The translations under genes and the position numbers were made by a program. A DNA stretch of 64,000 nucleotides. Source: Alphaproteobacteria bacterium (GTDB taxonomy: Bacteria; Pseudomonadota; Alphaproteobacteria; Micavibrionales; Micavibrionaceae). Positions 23,175-31,223 of the stretch are shown piece by piece (the stretch's first letter is position 1; every line of letters starts with the position of its first letter). The notes beneath the pieces are model-generated. The model was not told the DNA's origin. It did not search any database and was given only the letters and a program-made list of their open reading frames with translations. The stretch is taken from NCBI GenBank assembly GCA_021775995.1, contig JAJFGS010000001.1, positions 10,195-74,194 on the forward strand. The letters are read 5' to 3'.

Positions 23175-23852
23175 ATGGCAAAAAAAGAAGAAAATGCGGA
23201 TTTTTTAAAACCTATTACAAAGGTTCTAGATGCTGACCCCAGAACAAATAGCTTTGTTAAATATAACAGTACAAAAGGCACATGGGATAACTTAAGTATT
23301 GAAGATTATCATAATGATGTTCAATACATTAATTTAAATGCAAGCGTTCCTGAAGATATATTAGTTCATTTTGAAACCGCTAAAAACCTTCATCTATACT
23401 CTTGGTTTGTATATCGCTTTTTTCCTATTGCTGATCAACAAGCAATGTTTTGTGTTGAGTTTGCTTTACGAGAACGCTTTAGAGATGATGAAAATGCCCC
23501 AAGAAACAAAACCTTAAAGAAATTGTTAAATTATGCAATTAAGACATCAAGAGTGAAAAATGAAGGGTTTAGCGTATGGAAAAACAGAGTGCGGATGAAC
23601 AGTGAAAATAGACATAGATTTGATTTAATAAAGAAAATGAATGATGAAGGTTTAGAAGAAATTATTATTGATGAGTCTGATATAGAAATTAAAGAAGAGG
23701 ATATGCAGTTTAATTATGTTGAAACATTGAAAGAGAGTTTACCTTTTCTAAGAAATGAGTATGCACACGGCAGTTCAATGTTACACAATCATTCTTTAAC
23801 GACCATTATAATTGCTTCTGAAATTATTAATCAGCTTTATCCTGAAGCATAG
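23175..23852 (+). CDS. hypothetical protein with C-terminal R-x4-H (HEPN-like) motif
   Basis: 225 aa with no TM helix, starting 10 nt after the preceding stop. LRNEYAHGS (Arg codon at 23751-23753, His codon at 23766-23768) is the minimal HEPN signature. The rest is unrecognised. Confidence 0.5.
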   Translation: MAKKEENADFLKPITKVLDADPRTNSFVKYNSTKGTWDNLSIEDYHNDVQYINLNASVPEDILVHFETAKNLHLYSWFVYRFFPIADQQAMFCVEFALRERFRDDENAPRNKTLKKLLNYAIKTSRVKNEGFSVWKNRVRMNSENRHRFDLIKKMNDEGLEEIIIDESDIEIKEEDMQFNYVETLKESLPFLRNEYAHGSSMLHNHSLTTIIIASEIINQLYPEA

Positions 23853-23931
23853 AAACTACCCACTTGATTTATTTTTCATATAGTTTACTTTGGCGGTAAT
23901 TCTAAATCTATTTATTCTCTCCCCAAACAAG

Positions 23932-23944
23932 AAACCGTAGGTCG
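23932..23944 (+). repeat. 13-nt direct repeat of the tRNA-Trp fragment core (aaaccgtaggtcg)
   Basis: This is an exact copy of 24090-24102. It is preceded by tctcc..aaa, which loosely matches the anticodon-loop part of the fragment. Confidence 0.5.
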
Positions 23945-24082
23945 CAAATGGGACACTCATGGGACACTAGAAGTTCAAAAGAGGGTGTAAGCAGTAACTA
24001 TTATGTTAATATAAAGTTAACTAACTTATTGATAAATAATTAAAATTATTATTATATATTTTTACCGTTTTCCGTAATTTAA

Positions 24083-24129
24083 GTCTCCAAAACCGTAGGT
24101 CGAGGGTTCAAATCCTTCTGCCCCTGCCA
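24083..24129 (+). other. 3' half of tRNA-Trp(CCA) without a 5' half; putative att site (attR-type) remnant
   Basis: The sequence is GTCTCCAAAACCGTAGGTCGAGGGTTCAAATCCTTCTGCCCCTGCCA. It reads as anticodon loop CTCCAAA, short variable region, T-arm GAGGG-TTCAAAT-CCTTC, acceptor 3' strand TGCCCCT, discriminator G and CCA. The expected 5' strand AGGGGCA and a D-arm are absent from the AT-rich DNA upstream. Confidence 0.7.
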
Positions 24130-24171
24130 TTATCTTTAATCCATTGATATCAGAGAATTTATGCTCGTAAG

Positions 24172-24196
24172 CCCTGCATGTTGCGGGGTTTTGTGT
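24172..24196 (+). terminator. intrinsic terminator downstream of the tRNA-Trp fragment
   Basis: The stem is CCCTGCA/TGCGGGG (7 bp including one G-U), with a 3-nt loop followed by TTTTGTGT. Confidence 0.5.
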
Positions 24197-24330
24197 ATGG
24201 GGGTGTTCCGTCAATAAATCTCTTTAAAAGCCAGTGAGGAAATGTCAGTATTCCTAATGATCACTCTGTAACTCAATAGGATAATTAAGCGAATTGAAGA
24301 CTAGATAATTAAACCAAAGGAGATAAATAA

Positions 24331-25899
24331 ATGGAAATGCCGTCACATGATTTTGTAATGACCAGCTTGGACTATCTTTCAACTTTATTCGTATTTTCTC
24401 TTGGTCTTGGTTTTTTGGTCGTGATTATCATGTTCATACTGGATGTAACTCAGACGAAAGATGCAGTTCGTAAGAACTATCCCGTCGTTGGTCGTTTCCG
24501 TTATTTATTTTCAACGCTTGGTGAATTTTTCCGTCAATATTTCTTTGCGATGGATCGAGAAGAAATGCCTTTTAACCGGGCCGAGCGTGAATGGATACAT
24601 AGAGCTGCCCATAACCGTGATAACACAGTGGCATTTGGGTCGAGTAAGAATCTAACCCCACCGGGCACAGCTATTTTTGTAAACTGCCCTTTTCCAACTT
24701 TGGATGAAGATGCGGTTGAAATGCAAGCTCTCCAAATTGGTCCATATTGTAAAAAACCTTATGATGCTCCATCTTTTTTTAATATTTCAGGGATGAGCTA
24801 TGGTGCTCTTTCTACGCCTGCTGTCAGAGCTCTGTCAAAGGGTGCAAAAATGGCAGGGTGTTGGATGAATACAGGGGAAGGGGGGCTATCTCCCCATCAT
24901 CTGGAAGGTGGTGCTGACATTGTGATGCAAATTGGTACGGCCAAATATGGTGTGCGTGATGAAGCAGGTAATTTATCTGATAAAAAATTAAAAGAAGTGG
25001 CAGCTCATGAACAAGTCAGAATGTTTGAACTCAAAATGAGTCAAGGAGCGAAGCCTGGAAAAGGTGGAATTTTACCTGCGGTTAAAGTTACGCCAGAAAT
25101 TGCAAAAATTAGAGGCATTGCCGAAGGAAAAGATTCCATCTCTCCAAATCGTCATCCTGAAATTGACGATGGTGCTGAAATGCTGAATATGATTAATCAT
25201 ATTCGGGACGTTACAGGAAAACCGACTGGGTTTAAGGCTGTGGTAGGTACTTTTGGTTGGCTTGAAACAATGTGCCAAGAAATTCATGTACGCGGCATTG
25301 AAAGCGCACCTGATTTTATTACAATTGACAGTGGCGATGGTGGAACGGGTGCGGCGCCAATGCCGCTCATGGATAATGTTGGATTGGTTATTAAAGAATC
25401 ACTTCCGATGGTTTCAGATATCCTACATAAATATGGTTTGCGCGATCGGATTAGAGTTATAACATCAGGAAAACTTGTGACACCATCGGAAGTAGCGTGG
25501 GCCTTGGCAACCGGGGCAGATTTTATCACATCTGCGCGTGGCTTTATGTTCTCACTAGGCTGTATTCAGGCGTTAAAATGCAACAAAAATACTTGCCCAA
25601 CAGGAATTACAACCCATAATCCACGCTTACAAAAAGGGTTAAATCCCGAAGACAAGTCTGTAAAAGTAGCTAGTTATTGCAAAAACATGATTCATGAGGT
25701 GCAGATTATTTCTCATTCTTGTGGTGTAACACGCCCTCGTTTAATGCGGCGTTACCATGTGCGCATTGTGCAGAATAATGGTAGATCGATACCAATGGAT
25801 GAACTTTACCCGCGTCCTGAAGTTCTATCTGAATATAAGGCTACTGCTGAAGCGTTGGCTCCGGAGCCTGAGAAGATACAAGGCGGTTATTGTGCCTGA
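24331..25899 (+). CDS. FMN-binding glutamate synthase family protein (GltB domain-2-like) with N-terminal TM anchor
   Basis: It carries SGMSYGALS, NTGEGG, KMSQGAKPGKGGILP and DSGDGGTGAAP, the characteristic segments of this family. Confidence 0.8.
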   Translation: MEMPSHDFVMTSLDYLSTLFVFSLGLGFLVVIIMFILDVTQTKDAVRKNYPVVGRFRYLFSTLGEFFRQYFFAMDREEMPFNRAEREWIHRAAHNRDNTVAFGSSKNLTPPGTAIFVNCPFPTLDEDAVEMQALQIGPYCKKPYDAPSFFNISGMSYGALSTPAVRALSKGAKMAGCWMNTGEGGLSPHHLEGGADIVMQIGTAKYGVRDEAGNLSDKKLKEVAAHEQVRMFELKMSQGAKPGKGGILPAVKVTPEIAKIRGIAEGKDSISPNRHPEIDDGAEMLNMINHIRDVTGKPTGFKAVVGTFGWLETMCQEIHVRGIESAPDFITIDSGDGGTGAAPMPLMDNVGLVIKESLPMVSDILHKYGLRDRIRVITSGKLVTPSEVAWALATGADFITSARGFMFSLGCIQALKCNKNTCPTGITTHNPRLQKGLNPEDKSVKVASYCKNMIHEVQIISHSCGVTRPRLMRRYHVRIVQNNGRSIPMDELYPRPEVLSEYKATAEALAPEPEKIQGGYCA

Positions 25900-25960
25900 G
25901 TAGAATATTTATGAAAGGAGCGAAGATGACTCAGGATAAAATGGCTGTCATTAAGTTTTC

Positions 25961-26371
25961 ATGATTTATTGTCTGATATTTTTTCTGGCTTTTTGGGCAG
26001 GATTCTCTGTAAGGAGGGCAAGCCTTTGCCTTGTTCGAGCAACTCATGAAATTATTGATCATAAACCTCCGAAAACAATTTTTTTTGTTGTGCAAGCAAT
26101 GATGGTTGCATTGTCAATTACTATCCCAGCGATGATATTATTTCCTGAAAAAATATTTTTAGCGCAATCTTATAGTATATCTCCATATTTACTTGTAGGT
26201 GCTTGCCTCTACGGTGTAGGGGCTTCTGTAAACGGGGCCTGTGCTTTAGGAACATTAAATAAACTTATGAACGGTAAAATTGAGTATATAGCTTCTATCT
26301 TAGGGATTTCTTTAGGGTTTTTCATTTTTTTTAACTATTCAACACATGGTTTCTCTACAAGAGTTAGATAA
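25961..26371 (+). CDS. membrane protein, possibly YeeE/YedE-like half-transporter
   Basis: 136 aa with 4 TM helices. Cys-containing segments are SLCLVRA and NGACALGTL. The family assignment is tentative. Confidence 0.4.
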   Translation: MIYCLIFFLAFWAGFSVRRASLCLVRATHEIIDHKPPKTIFFVVQAMMVALSITIPAMILFPEKIFLAQSYSISPYLLVGACLYGVGASVNGACALGTLNKLMNGKIEYIASILGISLGFFIFFNYSTHGFSTRVR

Positions 26372-26942
26372 CTCTAATATGGTTGATTATAAATTTTTCT
26401 ATCTTCTCCCTTTAATGTTGTCTGTTTGGGGCATTACAATTTTTCAAACTCAAAAATTCTTTGTTAAAAGTGAAGGAAATAGACTTAAAAAATTAAAGCA
26501 ATATATGACCTCACCAGTTGCCAGAGATTATATTGGTATATCTGTTTTTGGTTTTTGCAGTGGTGCGCTTTATTTGATTTTTGGAAGTTCATGGAATTAC
26601 ACACATTTTATAAAAAACACAGCAATTATTTTATTTGATAAAGGGATTCCTGATACTAGTGTTTTTCCTATTTTAATAACAACCCTTGCTCTTATGCTTG
26701 GTATTGCCTTTGCATCCACTCTGTCTAAAGATTTTAAATTGAGTAAGGGAAAGCCTAAAGATTTTCTTATTAAAATTTTTGCAGGAGGTTTGATGGGGTT
26801 TGGTGCGGGTTTAATTCCTGGCGGGAATGATACGCTTATCCTTCACGGCATACCAGGTGTAGCTCTTCATGCGCCTGTTGCGTTGATTATAATGATGGGC
26901 TCAATCGCTGCTATGGCACTTATAAAAAAAGGGTTCAAATGA
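26346..26942 (+). CDS. membrane protein, possibly YeeE/YedE-like half-transporter
   Basis: 198 aa and polytopic. An internal start at 26379 (MVDYKFF) would remove the 26-nt overlap with the preceding gene. The family assignment is tentative. Confidence 0.4.
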   Translation: MVSLQELDNSNMVDYKFFYLLPLMLSVWGITIFQTQKFFVKSEGNRLKKLKQYMTSPVARDYIGISVFGFCSGALYLIFGSSWNYTHFIKNTAIILFDKGIPDTSVFPILITTLALMLGIAFASTLSKDFKLSKGKPKDFLIKIFAGGLMGFGAGLIPGGNDTLILHGIPGVALHAPVALIIMMGSIAAMALIKKGFK

Positions 26943-27406
26943 CAGAACATGATAATTGCTGTGACCGCAAAAAAGATAACAATAAATTTAAATGGATTAC
27001 TTCAGCGCACGCAACGTTTCATTGCCTTACAGGTTGTGTGATTGGCGAGGTTCTTGGTCTCTTAATCGGCGTATCATTAGGCTTTACTGCAAGTGCAACC
27101 ATACTTCTTGCGTTTATTTTAGCTTATGTTTTTGGCTTTACTCTCGGGATTATTCCCGTAATGAAGCGTGAAAAAATGAGCGCCTTGTCTGCTTTTAAAG
27201 TGATTTGGTTGGGGGAGGTTATATCTATTTTTGTAATGGAAGTGGCCATGAATACTGTTGATTATAGCATAGGCGGGGTACAGGCTCCTTCCGTGTTTTC
27301 ATTAATATTTTGGATAGGGATTACTGTTGCTATTCCAGCAGGTTTTTTAGCGACTTGGCCTGTAAATCATTGGCTTTTAAAGAAACAATTGAAGAAATGT
27401 CATTAA
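26939..27406 (+). CDS. DUF4396-like membrane protein
   Basis: It carries HATFHCLTGCVIGEVLG, a signature-like segment, and 4 TM helices. It overlaps the previous stop by 4 nt. Confidence 0.55.
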   Translation: MTEHDNCCDRKKDNNKFKWITSAHATFHCLTGCVIGEVLGLLIGVSLGFTASATILLAFILAYVFGFTLGIIPVMKREKMSALSAFKVIWLGEVISIFVMEVAMNTVDYSIGGVQAPSVFSLIFWIGITVAIPAGFLATWPVNHWLLKKQLKKCH

Positions 27407-27636
27407 ACTAACCCGTGGCGTAAAAATGTTGAAAAAAGAGCTTGAAATTACGTCTCGATTATTTTAATAGTAGCCCATGGATTTTAATTCTTTAGAAAAC
27501 TGCTTTTTTTCTTGCTGCTGCCCTTGTGGGGCTGCATAAATTTCCTATGGCTTATTGATAAGCCGATTTTTCACAACATTTTAAATTAAACGCGCAGACA
27601 AATTATTTTGTTGGCGTCTGTACTTTTGGAGTAATT

Positions 27637-28653
27637 ATGATACCTGTACGTAACAGTGTGCTTGATACTATTGGACAAACACCGATGATTAAGCTTGATA
27701 GAGTTTTTCATGCCTATAAACAGGCTAATGTTTTTGCAAAACTTGAATTTTTAAATCCTGGCGGATCGATGAAGGATCGCATTGCCTTAAGCATGGTTGA
27801 GCGTGCTGAAAGAGAAGGGCGTATTAAACCTGGGGACACGCTTGTGGAGCCAAGCAGTGGTAATACTGGAATTGGTCTGGCGATGGTTGCCGCCGTAAAG
27901 GGGTATAAAATGATCATCACAATGCCAGAAAAAATGAGCGAAGAGAAAAGAAGGCTTATTCGTGCTTACGGTGCAGAGTTAATTTTAACACCAACGGAGC
28001 TTTCGTATGACCATCCTGGTAACTATATTCAGGTAGCACATAGATTAGCGCAAGAAAATAAAAACATACATTTATTAAATCAATATACAAATGAAGGAAA
28101 TCCAGAGGCGCATTTTAGTACCACAGGTGTAGAAATATGGGAGCAAACAAACGGAAAGATAGATTATCTGGTTTGTGGTATGGGAACAGGTGGAACTATT
28201 AGTGGAACGGCTAAATACCTTAAACAACAAAACGCAGAGATTAAAATTATCGGGACAGATCCTGAGGGGTCAATTTACACCGGTGAAGTCGGGCAATATC
28301 AGGTTGAGGGCATTGGTTATGATTTTTATCCTGAGGTCTTTGCTCCTGAAATTGTAGATGAAATGTACCGTATTGGTGATGAAGAAAGTTTTTCTGAAGC
28401 TCGTCTGTTGGCAAAAACAGAAGGAATTTTGGCTGGTGGTTCTACCGGAAATGTTTTAGCTGGAACACGGCGGTTATTGGACACCCTTAATAAAAATAAT
28501 AATTTAGCTGGAAAAAATATTGTCATGTTTGTACATGATAGTGGTCGCAGTTACTTAAGCAAAATTTATAATGATGATTGGATGGAAGGGCACGGCTTTA
28601 GCATTCAAGATGACAATGAAAATAACTTCTTAGAAAAGGAAATGGCGGCATGA
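27637..28653 (+). CDS. PLP-dependent cystathionine beta-synthase / cysteine synthase family enzyme (no CBS-pair domain)
   Basis: It carries TPMIKL, LEFLNPGGSMKDRIAL, SSGNTGIGLA and GMGTGGTISG. Confidence 0.8.
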   Translation: MIPVRNSVLDTIGQTPMIKLDRVFHAYKQANVFAKLEFLNPGGSMKDRIALSMVERAEREGRIKPGDTLVEPSSGNTGIGLAMVAAVKGYKMIITMPEKMSEEKRRLIRAYGAELILTPTELSYDHPGNYIQVAHRLAQENKNIHLLNQYTNEGNPEAHFSTTGVEIWEQTNGKIDYLVCGMGTGGTISGTAKYLKQQNAEIKIIGTDPEGSIYTGEVGQYQVEGIGYDFYPEVFAPEIVDEMYRIGDEESFSEARLLAKTEGILAGGSTGNVLAGTRRLLDTLNKNNNLAGKNIVMFVHDSGRSYLSKIYNDDWMEGHGFSIQDDNENNFLEKEMAA

Positions 28654-29846
28654 AAAGCGCGACAATCTCAATACATGAATCACAAAAACCAGATGGTGAG
28701 TATGGATCAGTAACAACACCTATTCATCAAACCTCTACATTTGCGCAACATGCGCCTGCAGAAATGATGGAGGGTACGTTAGGAAAGTATGACTATTCCA
28801 GATCTGGAAATCCCACTCGAAGCGTTCTTGAAAATGTTTTGGCACGTTTAGAAAATGGGAAGCATGGATTTGTTTTTGCAAGTGGTATGGCGGCCATAAC
28901 AAACCTTGCGCTGGGATTCTTGTCCTCTGGTGACCATGTTATATTAGGGGATGATGTCTATGGTGGAACTTTTCGGTTATTCGATAAAGTTTTTAAGCGG
29001 TTCGATATTGAATCGTCTTATGTAGATATGACCGTGCCAAATAATATTGCTAAGGCAATAAAGAGCAATACAAAAATGTTGATTTTGGAAACGCCAACGA
29101 ACCCACTTTTGAAATTAGCAGATATTAAGGCGATTACAGATATAACAACAAAATATAAGGTTATGAGCGTTGTTGATAATACATTTGCTTCGCCGATTTT
29201 ACAGCGTCCTTTAGATTTGGGTGCTGATATCATATTGCACAGCACGACGAAATATATTAATGGGCATAGTGATGTGGTTGGCGGCGCTTTGATTACTAAT
29301 AATGAAGAGTATTCGGAATCTATTGCTTTTTATCAAAATACTATTGGGGCGACAGCAGATCCGCTCGCCAGTTGGTTAACATTGCGAGGTCTTAAAACAC
29401 TCACCCTTCGTATGGAAAGGCATAATAAGAATGCAAAAATTCTAGCTGAATTTTTAGAAGGGCATGATGGTGTTGAAAAAGTTATTTACCCTGGATTGGC
29501 ATCTCATCCACAATATGAACTGGCCAAAAAACAGATGGATGATTTTGGTGGAATGATTAGTTTTTACTTGAAAGGCGATGCCGAAACAACGAAGAAGTTT
29601 TTTTCACAGCTTGAATATTTTATTCTAGCAGAGAGTCTTGGCGGCGTAGAAAGCCTTATCGAAATCCCAGCTGTGATGACGCATGCTGCCCTTACGCCAG
29701 AGGCGCGGCAGGATTTAGGCATTAGTGATACGCTCATACGTCTTTCGGTTGGAATTGAAGACATAGAAGATTTAAAGAGTGATCTTGAGCAGGCATTAGA
29801 GAGTATAACGGAAAACAGTTTTTTACAGAGAAAAGCTGTCGGGTAA
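28650..29846 (+). CDS. cystathionine gamma-lyase / gamma-synthase family PLP enzyme
   Basis: It carries YSRSGNPTR, the PLP-lysine context HSTTKYINGHSDVVGG, and ESLGGVESL. It overlaps the upstream gene by 4 nt. Confidence 0.8.
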   Translation: MKSATISIHESQKPDGEYGSVTTPIHQTSTFAQHAPAEMMEGTLGKYDYSRSGNPTRSVLENVLARLENGKHGFVFASGMAAITNLALGFLSSGDHVILGDDVYGGTFRLFDKVFKRFDIESSYVDMTVPNNIAKAIKSNTKMLILETPTNPLLKLADIKAITDITTKYKVMSVVDNTFASPILQRPLDLGADIILHSTTKYINGHSDVVGGALITNNEEYSESIAFYQNTIGATADPLASWLTLRGLKTLTLRMERHNKNAKILAEFLEGHDGVEKVIYPGLASHPQYELAKKQMDDFGGMISFYLKGDAETTKKFFSQLEYFILAESLGGVESLIEIPAVMTHAALTPEARQDLGISDTLIRLSVGIEDIEDLKSDLEQALESITENSFLQRKAVG

Positions 29847-30045
29847 TTGTAAGCACTTGTCCTAGTTCATCACGAAAATCCTTCTCTAATATTCAAAATC
29901 AGTAACTTAACGTGCCAATATCAGCAGATTCTAGGTAAAATTATCCGATTTGGGTGCTGAATGTGACAATAGCGTTGTAATGAATGCACCATGCTATATT
30001 CTTTTGTGAGAATAAATGAATATGAACTAAGGATAGTTAAGATCA

Positions 30046-31182
30046 ATGGACAAAGACCTCGAAACTTTAAAAAATATGGTGATTGATGTTTGGACCCACG
30101 GGTTCATGGGGATTGATATTGGTAAAATCATTATTGCACTCTTAATTTTTTTAGCATTTTTATTAATCCGTGGACTATTTAGCAAATTCGTTCTTAAATA
30201 TTTACGAAATTTAGTGACAAAGTCGACGAACGAGCTAGATGATAAAATCATTGATGCGCTGATCCCTCCAGTCAAATTTATTCCTGTTATTCTTGGGATT
30301 TTCTTTGCCAGCAAATACATGGATTTATCAGAAGAAGCAAATGAAGTTATCATGAGACTCGAACGTTCATTGATAGTTTTTACAATTTTCTGGGCTCTCC
30401 ACCGTACATGCACACCTTTATCATATGGTCTTAAAAGGCTTGAAAAAATTCTAACACGTCAAATGATGATATGGATTTTCAAGGCACTCAAAGTTCTCAT
30501 TATATTTTTAGGTGCTGCTATCATCTTAGAAATTTGGGGTATTGCCGTTGGACCATTACTCGCAGGCCTTGGTCTATTTGGGGCGGCTGTGGCATTGGGT
30601 GCGCAAGATTTATTCAAGAACCTCATTGGTGGTATTACCATTATAGCAGAAAAACGCTTTCATCCTGGTGAATGGATTTTGGTTGATGGTGTTGTTGAAG
30701 GTACAGTAGAAGATATTGGCTTTCGTTCTACCAAAGTGCGTCGTTTTGATAAAGCGCCTGTGCATGTTCCAAATTCAAATCTTTCTGACGCTGTTGTTAC
30801 AAATTTTTCTCGTATGACGCATAGACGTATCAAATGGAAAATCGGCGTAACTTATAGTACTGATGTGCAACAACTTCAGATTATTCGTGATGGTATAATG
30901 AATTATCTCATAGAAAACGATGCTTTTGCTAAGGCAGATGAGGTAAGTACCTTCGTACGTGTTGATAGCTTCAACGCAAGCTCGATTGATTTTCTTGTTT
31001 ATTGTTTTACTAAAACAATAAACTGGGGTGAATGGCTAGAAATAAAAGAAGCCTTCGCAATGGAAATCAAACGCATTGTTGAAGAAGAGGCTAAAACTGG
31101 CTTTGCATTTCCTTCGCAAAGCATTTATATCGAGAGCATACAGAGCGAGGCCCCAGAGATATTTGTTCCTCCTAGAGGCTAA
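30046..31182 (+). CDS. MscS-family mechanosensitive channel
   Basis: The pore helix and beta-domain segment is GLFGAAVALGAQDLFKNLIGGITIIAEKRFHPGEWI. Confidence 0.8.
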   Translation: MDKDLETLKNMVIDVWTHGFMGIDIGKIIIALLIFLAFLLIRGLFSKFVLKYLRNLVTKSTNELDDKIIDALIPPVKFIPVILGIFFASKYMDLSEEANEVIMRLERSLIVFTIFWALHRTCTPLSYGLKRLEKILTRQMMIWIFKALKVLIIFLGAAIILEIWGIAVGPLLAGLGLFGAAVALGAQDLFKNLIGGITIIAEKRFHPGEWILVDGVVEGTVEDIGFRSTKVRRFDKAPVHVPNSNLSDAVVTNFSRMTHRRIKWKIGVTYSTDVQQLQIIRDGIMNYLIENDAFAKADEVSTFVRVDSFNASSIDFLVYCFTKTINWGEWLEIKEAFAMEIKRIVEEEAKTGFAFPSQSIYIESIQSEAPEIFVPPRG

Positions 31183-31223
31183 CAACATAATAGTGTCATA
31201 TTTTATTAATTAGATTTTTGTTT

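Noticed and set aside
24040-24129. A complete tRNA gene ending at 24129
   Set aside because: Only the 3' 47 nt fold as a tRNA. The upstream 40-50 nt are AT-rich (ttattattatatatttttaccgttttccgtaattta) with no AGGGGCA acceptor strand, no D-arm and no 5' anticodon-stem strand.
24083-24260. A two-piece (permuted) alphaproteobacterial tmRNA acceptor piece
   Set aside because: The fragment carries a CCA anticodon loop and a G discriminator, which is tRNA-Trp-like. It does not have the tRNA-Ala-like G-U/A73 acceptor end of tmRNA, and no tag reading frame or GGGG 5' piece is evident downstream.
30027-30413. A 128-aa minus-strand ORF overlapping the start of the MscS gene
   Set aside because: It is antisense to a well-supported gene, and its translation has no recognisable features.
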